A DNA stretch of 64,000 nt from contig NC_090601.1 of assembly GCF_000497125.1 (NCBI RefSeq), positions 434,001 through 498,000 on the forward strand, written 5' to 3'. The stretch comes from Spironucleus salmonicida (Eukaryota). Made by a program: the position numbers and the translations under genes. Positions within the stretch are counted from its first letter, which is position 1; each line of letters starts with the position of its first letter. Positions 11,860 to 23,999 of the stretch are shown one piece after another. A model generated the notes under the pieces. That model was not told where the DNA came from and ran no database searches. It saw nothing but the letters and a program-made list of their open reading frames with translations.

Positions 11860-12186
11860 GCGGGATGGATCTGCCGGTGCGGGGCGGGGTGTCAGGGTCG
11901 GGCGGTTTCATGGGGCGCGTCCCGTTTACTTTTGTGGTAAAACTTACTATGAACGTTGGCAGTATAAAAGATAACGATTTTACAGATCACGGATACACTA
12001 TTTAACTCGATACATGATAAGATATTGCGAGCACTATTGAAAACTCATCTTAATGATGTTAAATCTCAGAACATGAATCAACTTGTTTATCATAATAAAT
12101 AATTTATTGTATACATATTTACGAAGAATATTAATATTTTATTAGTAATATTATATAATATTAGAATTAGGTATTTCCCCAATAGT

Positions 12187-12795
12187 ATGAATTACCGCAA
12201 TCGTGCTTCAGACGAATTCTTTGTTAAAAAGTAATATTTAGCTTCATCATATTAAAAAGATCCACTTGCAGCAGGAATTATTTCTGAAGGTATCTAGCAT
12301 ACCCATAATTATAATTGTAATTCACGAAAAACATAAATATAATCTCATTTATCTTATAACCCAGTAAAGCCTTTACCTTATAAGAATCTTCACCCTAATT
12401 ACTAAAAATAATTTTCTGATACATAGATCGATAAAGGACCTTAATAATAGCCATTGCTTTAACCGAGAAGGCCTTTTATTGTAGCAGACAATATAAACAT
12501 CCAATTTGATGATCAGAGTACAAAAACATAAAAAAGTTTATTATAATAGCGAATTTCAAATTATATAAAACCTGAACACCATGTTACTGATTAGTCCATG
12601 CAATTAAAAAATAGTCTACGCACAGATTTCTATAATCCATCAATTCGTTCGCATGATGTATTTTCAATGCCTTAGGTAGATAATAGAGCAAATTATTAAA
12701 GAACCTATTATCAGATTGATGATAAGATAATAGATTAGACTAGATTTGATTAAAGCAAAATAATGCTGAATAATGCTGAAAAGTATTTTGACTGA
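12187..12795 (+). CDS. Hypothetical protein, 202 aa
   Basis: Open under table 6; TTCCCC tract upstream of the ATG. Confidence 0.65.
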
Positions 12796-13273
12796 TTCAT
12801 ATTCATAATTTACCAGCTAAATTTCTTTATTTCTTATATATATTAAATTTTATATTAGTTTACTCCAACAGATTTAATTTTAAAAACAAATTCTTTTATT
12901 ATTGGTTATTATTCTAAAGCTAATTTATGAACTATGAATTAATGCTATAAATTTATGAATTAAAATATCAATTGTAAAGTAGTTTAAAATATTAATGCAT
13001 ATAACTAGATGTGCGTATACATTATCTATACACAAATTTACAGTAAGTTAAAATAACGTAATATTACAAAAAAATAACTTAAAAAAATATCTGATATTTT
13101 AAGTATTAATTTTGGCTCATTATATTAAAACAAATTAATATCTCAAAAATATACTCCAGTATATTAAATTATAGTCCTAAATTAATTTTTAATATAAATA
13201 ATCTCCCGTTGGAACTTGAACCAAAAATTATTAATTAGACTATAAAACTTAATACTGAACGAAAGAAAATAAA

Positions 13274-15046
13274 TCACAATAACTTTTCAAGCTCTTCTTC
13301 TGTAATATACCCTTTCTTAAATTTTTGCAAAAGGTCGTATTCTGCACTAAACTTCTAATTGTTGAATACTTTAGTTGGTTTTTAAAGAGGCTCAATTTTC
13401 TTAGTTGGAGCCTGCACTACCTTAACTTCTTCTTTGATCTACTTTTCTACTTTTTCTTCTCTTTATATTTTTCTTTCCTATCTTAATTTTTCTTTAGATG
13501 AGTCTAAATAGTTTATAGAATTTATGTCAACATCGCTACCTTTAAACCAAATAAATCCACTTTTTAATTCCTTCATACTCGGTAGCTTTAACAGTCCCAT
13601 AGACATTGCTAGTTACCCCAAATCTACTTTTTTGAAGTCGAAAATGTACTTCATTTCATATTCTTAATAAGCTCTCACCATGGCAATAAACGCTTCTTAA
13701 GCTAAGTCAAAAATTCCTCTATCTTCACACTGCATTTCACGTAAGATTTTACTAGATGGGAGCTCGAATATCTCCATTTTTTGTTTATTAAACTCAGCCT
13801 CCTCTGCTTCTAAAACACTAATTTTTTCTTCCAATTCCTTGATTTAAGCGTTTAGAATTAAAATACTTTTTCCGACACCCTTTTGGGTCTCGATTTCCAA
13901 ACTTTTTCTCTGCTTTTTGAGTTCTTTTTTGTAAAATTATATCTTCTTTGAGTCGCTAAAATTGCGTTATATTTGCTCCATTTCTTCCTCTTTTTTCATG
14001 AAAATTCCACGATTTTGAAGCATTTCCAACAGATCAATCTCATCATTATCGACCAAAATCAAGCATTTTCCGTCCCGTGTATTGCGCCCCGCGCGGCCTG
14101 CCCGGTGAACCAGCGTTTCCAGACGCTACGGAGGGTCGAATTGAAGCACAAAACTTACCGATTCGACGTCCAGGCCGCGTGCCGCTATATCAGTTGTTAT
14201 CAAAATCGCGAAATCGGTCGACTGCATGAAACGGTTCAAGTTTTTGACTTAAACTTGGCTGTGCTGCTTACCGTTCAAATTGAAGATTTTTTCCGTTTTC
14301 AGTGTCTTTTTGAGGAATTCTGCGATGAAACGGCTCCCCGCGCACGTAAGCGTGAAAATAAGAAGTTTCCCTGCAGTTTTGTCGAATTTTCGGATGAAAT
14401 CGACGAGAAATTCGTACTTTTGCGCGATTGGAACGATCGAGTATGAGATTTGGAGCGAGTTCGGTTTCAAGAACTCGTTCGTATCCGTCGTCAGTTTGAC
14501 GATTTTGCCGAGCATTTTGATGCCCTCGACCGTCGCGCTCGACATAACGAGTTTGGCCTTTTTCTGCGTGTGCAAGAACTTGCGGCAGTCCTCCATTTGC
14601 ACCAGACGGTCCGCTTCGTCGAGTACCAGAAAGTCGAGTTTTTTGAAAAGTTCCTCCTCGAAAAGGGCCTTTCCGGGCGTCGCTACGACGAAAAATGCGG
14701 TGTTTTGGTGCGACTCGCCGCCAATGAAAGAGGAAATCGGCAGGTCAAAAAGTGTGATAATTTCGAAAATCTAGCGCGCGAGGACGCGCGTGGGCGCTAG
14801 AAATAATACTTTCGGGGTGGTCGATAGAGCAAAATCGGTGTTTTCGTTGTAATAGTAGGAAAGAATGGGAAGGACATACGCGAGTGTTTTGCCTGAGCCA
14901 GTTTCAGCTTAAAAAATTAGCGGAAATTCGTTATGGAAATTCGGGATAATTTAGGCCTGTATCGGTTTTGGCTAGGTGAATGCAAATTTTTCAGTAAACT
15001 GGGCTAATAATTTTGGGTTTAAATTGAGATCTGAAAATGATGACAT
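13274..15046 (-). CDS. DDX55: DEAD-box RNA helicase, DDX55/Spb4 family, 590 aa
   Basis: AETGSGKT, DEAD, SAT, ARGLD, HRAGRAGR; C-terminus KKGYITEEELEK typical of DDX55/Spb4. Confidence 0.88.
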
Positions 15047-15787
15047 TTAGGAAAGAGAGACGGAGTGATATATTAATAATATTGTATTATAAATTTTAAG
15101 ATAGTAAAATGTGTGAATAAGCTGGTTAATTATTAACATGCAATATGACTTAAAGTATTTATCATATTGATTAAGAGCTTTAGAAAAACACTGAAAAATA
15201 TAAATATAGATATTTATTATTAGGTTTTTTTTTTAATATTCTTCCATTATGTTATATTTTTAGAAGTAATTGGTTAGATAGAGAAAAAAGTATGAATTTG
15301 TTAATTCTTTTAGGGTGCTAGGTTGTTTTATAAATTTCTAGAACTATAATCCATTTGGTAAACTTTCCAAAAACTTTTAGTGGTCGATTTTATCTTACTT
15401 GTAGTGGATCATTATCATGGATTATATAAATTGTATTATTACATTGCTGCAGCAGAGATGAATAGTCTATTAAAATATTAAGATTTGTTACAATTTATAT
15501 GTATATGTACACATTGGCATACATTTTCCGAATTTTCTAAGACTTTTTATTTAATTGACATTAACTGTGAAATATTATTATATATATTATTTTTAATTTA
15601 CTTATTATAAATAGTTTAAACTAATTGTCATGCTGTATAAATTCTGTCTATACGGTAAAACATATTAATAGATAATAATATTTAATTATAACATTTTGTT
15701 AGTTATTTGTTTAAATATTTTTTTATCATTTTAAGTATAATAATAAATCTATTTTTAATTGAAAAAGTACAAATTTTCATTCTATAA

Positions 15788-16075
15788 ATGCAGGAATTAA
15801 AAGATATTAAATTGTAGCATGCATAGCTTAAAAATAACCTAAAAGAATTTCATTTAATTAAAATGAAGAATATGTTTCTCTGTAAACGTGCATATGGAGA
15901 GCTTGTGGTTGAAATTTAGGAAAAACATTAAAGTAATTATGAATTGCGAGAATCACTTAGTTAATTAATGAAAGAAATATCATAATTTACTGACAATATT
16001 GATGATAGCTAACTGCAATAACTAGAAATTGTATTTGAATAAATCCCTCTCCTTACTAATGAATAACTTATATGA
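15788..16075 (+). CDS. Small coiled-coil hypothetical protein, 95 aa
   Basis: Open under table 6; rich in Q/E/L heptads. Confidence 0.55.
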
Positions 16076-16107
16076 CCGTTTTTCTTATTAAATATATATA
16101 ATCTAAA

Positions 16108-16440
16108 TCAATCTTCTTCATCTTCTTGCTCTAGGTAAACATCCGGCAGTAAAAATGTTTTTATTGATAGAGTAGATGGCTGAGCTGTTGTAGATGTCGG
16201 CATTAAATTACAATTTGAACACTCAAATGATTGTCTAGATATGGATAGTCTATTTTAGATAATATCATTTACCTCTCCTCTTTAAAAAATTTCAATTTCT
16301 TCCATTGACTAACGTATACTATAAGTTCTTACTGGTGCAATTTCAATAGATTATCTAACTTAATGAACTTATTCATTATCAGAAGATTCATCAGGAATAA
16401 CATGCATTGAGTCATCTTAATGTGAGACACAATTTCCCAT
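16108..16440 (-). CDS. Small protein with N-terminal MGNCVS acylation-type motif, 110 aa
   Basis: Gly2/Cys4/Ser6 pattern; acidic C-terminus; open under table 6. Confidence 0.65.
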
Positions 16441-16589
16441 TTCTGTAAAAAGGAGTGGGTCAATATTTGATTATAATATATATCAAAATATATCTTTGCA
16501 TTTTTGGTTTATCAAATTATCTTAAATAATTTTAAATATAATAAATTAATTATATGTCACTCATCATTATAATAATATTTAGTACATAA

Positions 16590-16592
<3 letters not shown>

Positions 16593-16622
<30 letters not shown>
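16593..16622. repeat. (TAT)n microsatellite
   Basis: About 9-10 tandem TAT units in intergenic DNA. Confidence 0.8.
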
Positions 16623-16623
<1 letters not shown>

Positions 16624-16691
16624 AAAGAAAGAAATTTAATATAATATGTATATATAACTGGTAAATTGGTAAAATTTATTCTTTCCCTAAA

Positions 16692-17972
16692 ATGTCGAAT
16701 GAATATGATATGACTCCTAAGCGTCTACGTGAAATTTGTAAAGAGCGTGGACATTATCAAACTCCTCATTTAAATGATATATTGTATTTCCATTATAAAG
16801 GGTTCAGAAAAATTTAAAATTTAGAGCCATATTATGGATGCAAATCACTTTGGCTTGAAGGTAATGGTGTTGTTAAAATTGAAGGTTTAGATACACTTGT
16901 AAATTTATCATGCTTATATCTTTAAGAAAATCTAATTCAAAAAATAGAGAATCTTGAGTAACTTTCACTTCGCTAAATTAACTTGTCAAATAATTCAATT
17001 TAAGTAGTAGAAAACATTTCGCAGTTAACAAATTTAGAATCTTTATATCTTTGCTCAAACAGGATTACTCATTCTACTTCTCTTCGTGGTCTTATTGGAT
17101 TAGACAATCTATCTGTTCTTGATTTATCGAAAAATTAGATTGATGATGAGGAATTTTTATCAGTATTAGAGTAACTTCCATCACTAAGGGTACTTACTTT
17201 TAGTGGGAATCCTATTTCAAAAACTATGAGAATGTATAGAAAACGTATTATCCATGCATGTCAATAGCTTACCTACTTAGATGATCGTCCAGTATTCAAT
17301 GATGAAAGACGTGCGACCGCAGCCTTCTTTTCTGGTGGTGCTGAAGCTGAAATAGACGAGAGAAGGCTTATTCTTGCAGAAAAAAGGGCGGAAGAGCGGG
17401 CCTAATTCGCTGGAATGTAAGCATTCCTAAGCGGTAAGACTCGTGAAGAATCAATAGTATTAAGTGAAAAAGCTAGATAGAAGGTAATCTAACATTTTAA
17501 GGACACCGGTGAGATCGACGCCGTGGAGAAGGTGAGCCGCGTCAGCGCCGTGTGCGGTGTGGGCAGAGGCCGCATCTGGGCTGACAACGAGGTGCAGGTC
17601 GTGAGCCGCGAGTTCTTCGAGGGCAGGGTCGGCGTGCAGATCATGGAGATCGAGGAGGTCTCGGACGCCCCTGAGCTGGAGGAGGTCGAGAGCAGCGGGG
17701 AGGCGGAGGCGGTTCCCAGCATGCACTACGACGACCAGAAGGACGAGGCGAGGCAGACCGAGGAGCAGGTGCTCCAGGCGGTGCTGCTGGGCGCCCCGCA
17801 GGAGGTGGAGCTGCCCATCAACCAGGCCCTGCCGCAGGAGGAGGAGTTCGTCCCGGGCGATGTGGACGACTTCATGCGCGGGCTCCCGGCCCCCGAGGCC
17901 CCTGGCTGCCTCCTCACGCAGAACGCGGCCGACGAGGAGCACGACTCGGACGACGCCAGCTGCCCCGACTGA
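16692..17972 (+). CDS. DNAAF1: Dynein axonemal assembly factor 1 (LRRC50/ODA7), 426 aa
   Basis: YQTPHLNDILYFHYKGF N-terminus, SDS22-like LRRs, LRRcap YRKRII...LTYLDDRPV. Confidence 0.92.
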
Positions 17973-17998
17973 TTCTTTCCCCCACTGCGATACCCCGC

Positions 17999-19144
17999 TC
18001 ACTCCCGCTCGCCCACCAGCAGCACGTTGCGCGGCGTCACCTCCTCCGCGCACAGCTCCCGCGTGTGCACCCGGTACCCGCGCTCCTGAAGCCGTGCAGC
18101 CCGGTCCGTGATCGCGATGAGCTCCACCGTGCGGGCGCACACCCCGCTGAGGAAGATCTGCACCAGGTACCGCTGGCGGTTGTCCGCGCAGAACTGCCGG
18201 AAGAACGCCCCGAAGTCGCCGTAGACGTCCCGCACGATGGCCTCGGCGGGGCGCGCGCACCCGGCCTTCCGCTTCAGCGCGCCCACCTGCTCCGCCAGGT
18301 AGGTCCCGATCTCGTCGCGCCGGCTCCGCTTGCAGATGGCCTGGCCGGGCTGCAGGCCGTGGCGGTCGCGGAAGTAGTCCACCAGCGGCTGCATGGCGGC
18401 GCGGCGCAGGCGCTTGGCGAGGATCCGCCCCACGTCCATGCCGAAGCTCCCGCACGCGAGGTTCAGGAAGGCCCGCCGGTGCGCCTGGTCCTCGAAGCTG
18501 AGCCCGCCGAGCGCCCTGCTGCGGGGGAAGTGGCGCATGGACTGGTAGCAGCAGGGCACCTGGAGCACCAGCGCGCTCTCCACGCCGTCCAGCACGTCGG
18601 CCCCGAAGTCCCCGCAGCCGTGCAGCGCGATGAGGGCGGTGGTCGCCGGGAGGCCCGCTGGCCCGAGCGCCCGTACCGCGAAGGAGGCGTGCTGCAGGCC
18701 CAGCGCGCTCGCCCTCGCCACCAGGGCCGCGTCCCGGTCCACGCCCAGGACCGAGTAGCACCCCAGCCCGTCCAGCGCCTGGCTCAGCTTGCCGACCCCG
18801 CACCCCGCGTCGAGCACGGAGGCGCCGGCGGGGAGCAGCTCGCGGACGACGGCCACCATGCTGGCGACCTGCGCGCCCTTGGGGTCGGGGTGCCTGGGGA
18901 GCGCAGTCCGCCGCGGGAGGACCGAGTCGTCCATGAAGCGCTGGAGCTGCGCTGGCACGGCGCCCTCGTGCTCCCCGAAGAGCAGCTGGGACACCTGCCC
19001 CGGGGTCAGGCGCTCGAGGAAAAGCTGGGCCTCCGCGTCGAAGGCGGCCATGACGGCGGGGTACTCCGCCGGGTAGGCGTCGAGCAGCAGCAGCCCCAGG
19101 AAGGGGTAGCTGGCGAGGTAGCGGCGGGCGGCGTCGGGGTCCAT
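17999..19144 (-). CDS. METTL25/RRNAD1-like methyltransferase, copy B
   Basis: Same protein as 5726-6871. Confidence 0.8.
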   Translation of the reverse strand: MDPDAARRYLASYPFLGLLLLDAYPAEYPAVMAAFDAEAQLFLERLTPGQVSQLLFGEHEGAVPAQLQRFMDDSVLPRRTALPRHPDPKGAQVASMVAVVRELLPAGASVLDAGCGVGKLSQALDGLGCYSVLGVDRDAALVARASALGLQHASFAVRALGPAGLPATTALIALHGCGDFGADVLDGVESALVLQVPCCYQSMRHFPRSRALGGLSFEDQAHRRAFLNLACGSFGMDVGRILAKRLRRAAMQPLVDYFRDRHGLQPGQAICKRSRRDEIGTYLAEQVGALKRKAGCARPAEAIVRDVYGDFGAFFRQFCADNRQRYLVQIFLSGVCARTVELIAITDRAARLQERGYRVHTRELCAEEVTPRNVLLVGERE

Positions 19145-19183
19145 TTCGGGCAGTTGTACCCTGGGTATATAAGAGTCCGCAAA

Positions 19184-19633
19184 ATGCAGGCCTCCATCAA
19201 CACGTACGTCCGGCTCTTCGAGCTCGTGGACACCTCCCGCAACGGCTTCCTGGACGCGCTGGAGGTCCGGAACATCTTCGCGCGCTTCTTCCGGGCCTTC
19301 CCGCCGCCGCACCTGATGCTCAACACGATCACGTCGCGGCCGAACGAGGAGATGGACTTCCTGGACTTCTTCGCCTTCTGCCAGGAGTTCTCGGTGCTGC
19401 TCTCGAACAAGGACTACAACAACGTGCGCGAGCTGCTGCAGAACTCCAACGACGAGGGCCGGCCGCGCATCACCACCGCCCGGCTCGCGGAGCTGGCCCA
19501 GAGCGTCGGCATCGACCTCACGCGGGGCGAGCTGGAGGGGCTGATGTGGGCGCTGCTCGGGTCGCAGCAGACCGAGCTGGACACGGGGATGATCCTGGAC
19601 ATCTTCAACGCCGTGCGCCTCGAGATTCAGTGA
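19184..19633 (+). CDS. EF-hand protein, copy B
   Basis: Same protein as 5237-5686. Confidence 0.75.
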   Translation: MQASINTYVRLFELVDTSRNGFLDALEVRNIFARFFRAFPPPHLMLNTITSRPNEEMDFLDFFAFCQEFSVLLSNKDYNNVRELLQNSNDEGRPRITTARLAELAQSVGIDLTRGELEGLMWALLGSQQTELDTGMILDIFNAVRLEIQ

Positions 19634-19641
19634 CGACTTCC

Positions 19642-20133
19642 TCACTTCCAGCCCTTCCACTTTATGTGGTACGTGTTCGGCGCCACCTTGCTCGCCAGGT
19701 AGGTCACCTTCACGGGCCGCCGGCGCTCGGAGCCGTTGATCCTGCAGGGCCGGCTGCACATGCAGCTTGGTGTGCTCGCTGTCTCCGCGGGCCGCCCCTC
19801 CACCTCGGCCAGGCGGAAGCGGTCGGCGTTCGGGAACTTCGTGGCGCGCTGCAGCCGCGGCAGGGAGGCGTCGTAGCGGTTGGGGCCCGGGACGTGGTTA
19901 TCGGCGACGTCGAAGACCGACTTGGGCCGCGGGGCCTGGTTGATCCGGACCTGGGGCAGGGGCGCCTTCTTGGGCAGGTAGGCGTTCGGCGCCGGATGGG
20001 CCTTGGCCTGGCGCTGCGGCGTCACCGCCTGCCGGTGGGAGGTCTCGCTCTCCTTGGCAGCCTGCAGCTTCTGCTCGCGCGCCTGCTTCTGGAGGCGGTC
20101 CAGGGTGGCCGAGCCGGCATACTCGGACTGCAT
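19642..20133 (-). CDS. SHIPPO-repeat protein, copy B
   Basis: Same protein as 4737-5228. Confidence 0.75.
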   Translation of the reverse strand: MQSEYAGSATLDRLQKQAREQKLQAAKESETSHRQAVTPQRQAKAHPAPNAYLPKKAPLPQVRINQAPRPKSVFDVADNHVPGPNRYDASLPRLQRATKFPNADRFRLAEVEGRPAETASTPSCMCSRPCRINGSERRRPVKVTYLASKVAPNTYHIKWKGWK

Positions 20134-20228
20134 TTGGAGGGAACGGGTATCGCCGCTTTGGGTTTAATAGTGGTCAGAACGGCGGTTTAATTTTGAAAAG
20201 TACAATGTTAAGTTACATATATAATACA

Positions 20229-20393
20229 CGGCATTTCGCTTTGGCCCGAGACCGCGGAAGTACCCAGACCCCGTTGCCGTCGAGGGCGTGTGCGCAAGCT
20301 CTGGGAGCGGTTGCGCATACTATGGGCCCACGCGGAAGCCTTGGCGGTGGGAATGAACTGGCTAGACAGCGCTGGAGAACGATATAGCGCTGG
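20229..20393 (+). ncRNA. Candidate structured non-coding RNA, family unassigned (partial second copy at 4482-4641, minus strand)
   Basis: Follows a TATATAAT box; three predicted stems: 20288-20297/20311-20320, 20327-20331/20347-20351, 20367-20373/20386-20392. Confidence 0.35.
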
Positions 20394-20715
20394 TGAGTTT
20401 TCAATATTCTTTTAGCATCATAATAAAATTTTGGTCTATATCGCAGTAAATTATAGTATTTAATGATGATTCATTAAACTCAACGTCGATCTTTTTTTTA
20501 TTATATATACTTTAGGGCTATTATTTAATTTACTAGCGAAATATTTATTTATAATAATTATAAGGTAATTTAAAAGAAAATTGAATACAATATAAACCTA
20601 ATTCGCTGTTTTATTAAATTAAAAATTTGTGTAAATTTTTATATAAATATCATTTATTCTTCATAATTTTTAATATGTTCGGCTATTATTTATAATCTTG
20701 TGTTATGTTTAAAAA

Positions 20716-21450
20716 ATGCTTCCTCAGACAAATATTAAAAACTTTCGATACAATATATTGAAAAAGGCATCCTATATTTTAGAATATAAACTAGTGTATA
20801 ACACACCAAAAAACAAAGCGTATGAGGAATGTAAAATATAAATTTAATCTGCTTCATTATCTAATAGAAAAAATTATTTGAGAGATAACTACTCTTTTAA
20901 TTCTTCAAGTTGTAATTTAGATAATTAAACTATTACGTTTTTATCTAACGAAGAGTAATTGCATATAGACTAAACTAATACTATAATTCAATAAGGAAAT
21001 ATAAATTTATTGAAAAAATTACATTTTGATTAAAGTATTAATATAAATTATACTATAATATTTTCTGAATTAAATTATGTATAAAGAAACTAATTGATAA
21101 ATGATATTATTAAGATAAATATGTAATAACCAGATAAAACATTGAAAGTTAATAAAACGTTGCTGAATAATATCATCTTTAATAGTAACAGGTTGGAAAA
21201 GCAATCTATATTAATGAATAAACAAAATCTAAAATAAAAGTAGTAAAATAATTTACTAAAATAGTAAATGTAAGAATACGAATTACTGTTTGGTATAAAT
21301 GGGTCTACACTGCAGTAATATCTAGCTTTTGTGAAATACTAGAACTCTAATGGTTAACATCTATAATTAAATGTTAATAATTTACCTCCTAGTTATGTAT
21401 TAATACCTATAACAAACGACGCACTTATCAAGCAAAAAATGAGTGAATGA
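20716..21450 (+). CDS. Asn/Gln-rich hypothetical protein, 244 aa; last 12 codons lie inside repeat R2
   Basis: Open under table 6; ends ATG AGT GAA TGA. Confidence 0.55.
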
Positions 21451-21454
21451 AATG

Positions 21455-22123
21455 TCACTACAGTACTTTAACATCATTCTATATTAGCCATGATATGATT
21501 TATTAAGATGCGCTGCTAGCATGAATTAGCTTGCGGATAAACGGCTGCGCAACGCAAATTACAACTATTTTAATGGCAAACTCTGCATGACAGAGCAGCT
21601 TCTTTTCGTTGATAATGTTAAGATTCTGTTTTATTGCACCTACTAAATTTTCGTAATTACCTAGAACTGGAAACTTAGTGAACTGCTGTACTAGCCGTTA
21701 CGCGTTTCGAGTCGGGAAGATAACTCCTGATATCTAATTATGGAATAACGTATCGAGGGTGGAATATAGTGTCTAATACGATTCTATCGTCGAATTCACT
21801 AGCATAGACCGTATCTTTAGATCTGGGACGAAATGAAAATCCACTGCTCGATTCTAACGCTGCTATTGTGCAAGCGCAATATAGTTTGAAAGTCTGATAA
21901 AGTCTATATGTGCGAAGGGTTGAACAGATAATAAAAGGATGTCGGGATTCTGTGTAGTTGTAGTGCCAGTTAGAGTTAGTTCGATGATCGACTCCATATC
22001 CATTTTGGATAACCACAATATAATATTAAATATCATAGTTTCATTAAAATTCGTATATTGCAGGATCACCAGGGGTTGTTTATCTATCTACTAGAGTTGC
22101 ATGTTACATTTAACAGTTATCAT
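21455..22123 (-). CDS. Hypothetical protein, copy B of 7548-8216
   Basis: Offset 13907; frame intact. Confidence 0.65.
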
Positions 22124-22348
22124 ATATTGTTATAATATATTTCTGAATTCAGCCCACTGTGCTTTCTATCTTGTGTTATATTAGCGAATATTTAAACCAA
22201 ATCAATGCAGCCTAATGGATACACTGTTAACATCTAGGTATGGGAGCGTAATTTTCTGGTTGCGTCTCAATTGTAGGAACATAAATTACTACTATTTCTT
22301 AATCTAGTAACCATGCAATAGCCAGAAAAACGTCATTCGTGGGTATTG

Positions 22349-22891
22349 TCATAGAATGCCCTTCCATTTTGGGCTATACAGAGCTGGGCTACGCTCTGTT
22401 ATTTCGTATGATATAAACTTGGCCTTCCGCCGTTCTCTTCTGCAGATCCGGATGTCTGCTGGCTGGTATTGGTCTTTGAGTGCCAAGAACTCCGGCTACT
22501 CTTTGATCTTGCACATCTGGAACCTATCAGATTAACATATCTTGGGGGTCTTGCCAATAGATGGTAGCGAGAGGTTCGTGTACTAGCCTGGCCCTGGTGT
22601 AGTGATTTATTTATCCTCCTTACTTCTGTCATACGCATTGATGTGTTGGCCATTCTATGTGTGATGACGAATATGGTAGGTGTTAGGTGCTGGACTGTCA
22701 AAGTTAAGCTGCGACAGGAATGAGTATGACCGGTCGTCAGGTTGCACACGTGAGGTAAGGTGTGGAGGGAGGGGCTTTTTCTTGACTTCCGGCTTCTGAG
22801 GACGGATAAGCTCCGCTATCTCCAGGAGCCCCTTTGCCTGAGCTAGGAGTCCAGGAATCTCCTTCCGCTTGATCACTGTTTCCAGCTGCAT
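22349..22891 (-). CDS. SHIPPO-repeat protein, copy B of 8442-8984
   Basis: Offset 13907; frame intact. Confidence 0.75.
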
Positions 22892-22999
22892 TTTTGGCAG
22901 GATATGGAATTCATATATAGAGTGTGGGAAAATTCTTCATAGAAACGGAGTGCGTTCAATGACCTGGATCACCCGTCCTATCCTGGTAATAACGTTATC

Positions 23000-23455
23000 T
23001 CACATGCTGGTACTGGTCTCGCTCTCCCGGATCTCACTGCTACTGACCTTACGGCCGTTCTCCTCCACTACACCGCATATGTGCACCACCATCTCCACTA
23101 ACCCCTTCTACCGTCTTAGCCGATTCAGCACCTTTGCACCGTCCTCGGTTTCCTTGCTCACAACGAGCTAACACTCTTCAAGCTCTAGCACTGGCCCCAC
23201 AGGGTCGTTCAGTTCCACCACAGAAATATCTCCTGTTAATGGGCCCAGCCCATCCAGGAATTCCTACACGTTCTGGCACCGTGCCTCGAAGGGCTGGATA
23301 AACTTCGACAGCGACTTCTTCTACACGTATGCTTGTGACATCACTCCAACGATGATCCTATCACCGCGTTATGCTACCTCTGCTACCTTCCTTAGTAGGG
23401 CATGGTGACCTACGTGGAGACGGTCAAAAGTCCCGGCGGCGCAGATTGTTGGCAT
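23000..23455 (-). CDS. PPAT: Phosphopantetheine adenylyltransferase, copy B
   Basis: Same motifs as 9093-9548. Confidence 0.9.
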
Positions 23456-23494
23456 TTCGAGAGAACTAAAACTATATATAATAATCCAAATCAG

Positions 23495-23755
23495 TCAGTA
23501 AGTTACAGGTTGGGTGCGAGTCTTGCCTCTGAAGCCCCTTGTACTAGGCTGGTACTTTCTGAACAGGTGCTACACATCGTAGTCGAAGCTGACGGCTGCC
23601 CGCCTGCTGTACGGGGAGTGCATCAGGACATAGGGCGTGTAGGTTTCCTCCATCTGGATTCCACGAAACACGTCGTACCTGAATGCATCGTCTATGTTTT
23701 TGGGTGTCTTTGGATCCTATAGCATCTTGAGCTTGGCCGAGCGTGAGAGCATCAT
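23495..23755 (-). CDS. Small hypothetical protein, copy B of 9588-9848
   Basis: Offset 13907. Confidence 0.55.
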
Positions 23756-23999
23756 TTTTAATTTGGGAGAGGTAGAGATATATCAGATACGTATGCACAA
23801 AATAACATGATTCCTGAAAGAAAACTGTCCGTTGTTTATAATTATACAGCTTCTGTATGTCCAGTTTTTCCTTACCTGTTTCGAATAAACAAAACTGGTA
23901 CTCAATCAACAGCCTCTCCAACATATCTAGGTGGTTGCGGAGGTATAAAATTTTGGGAACGACCCTTTATATATCCTGGCCGTACACCTCACTCCCAAA

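Larger units (their letters stand above)
7507..11942. repeat. Segmental duplication R2, copy A (direct repeat of 21414-25849)
   Basis: Constant offset of 13907 nt; scattered substitutions only. Confidence 0.97.
17492..20388. repeat. Segmental duplication R1, copy B (probable donor; DNAAF1 intact here)
   Basis: Inverted match to 4482-7378. Confidence 0.97.

Noticed and set aside
11740-11935. tRNA-Sec or other ncRNA upstream of cytochrome b5
   Set aside because: No cloverleaf or T-loop; the stretch is explained by an in-frame N-terminal extension to ATG 11859 plus a C-rich promoter tract on the minus strand.
4482-11942. GC-rich blocks as bacterial contamination, prophage or transposons
   Set aside because: They encode eukaryote-type proteins (SHIPPO, EF-hand, DNAAF1 tail), continue in frame with AT-rich host genes, and show no transposase, integrase or terminal repeats.
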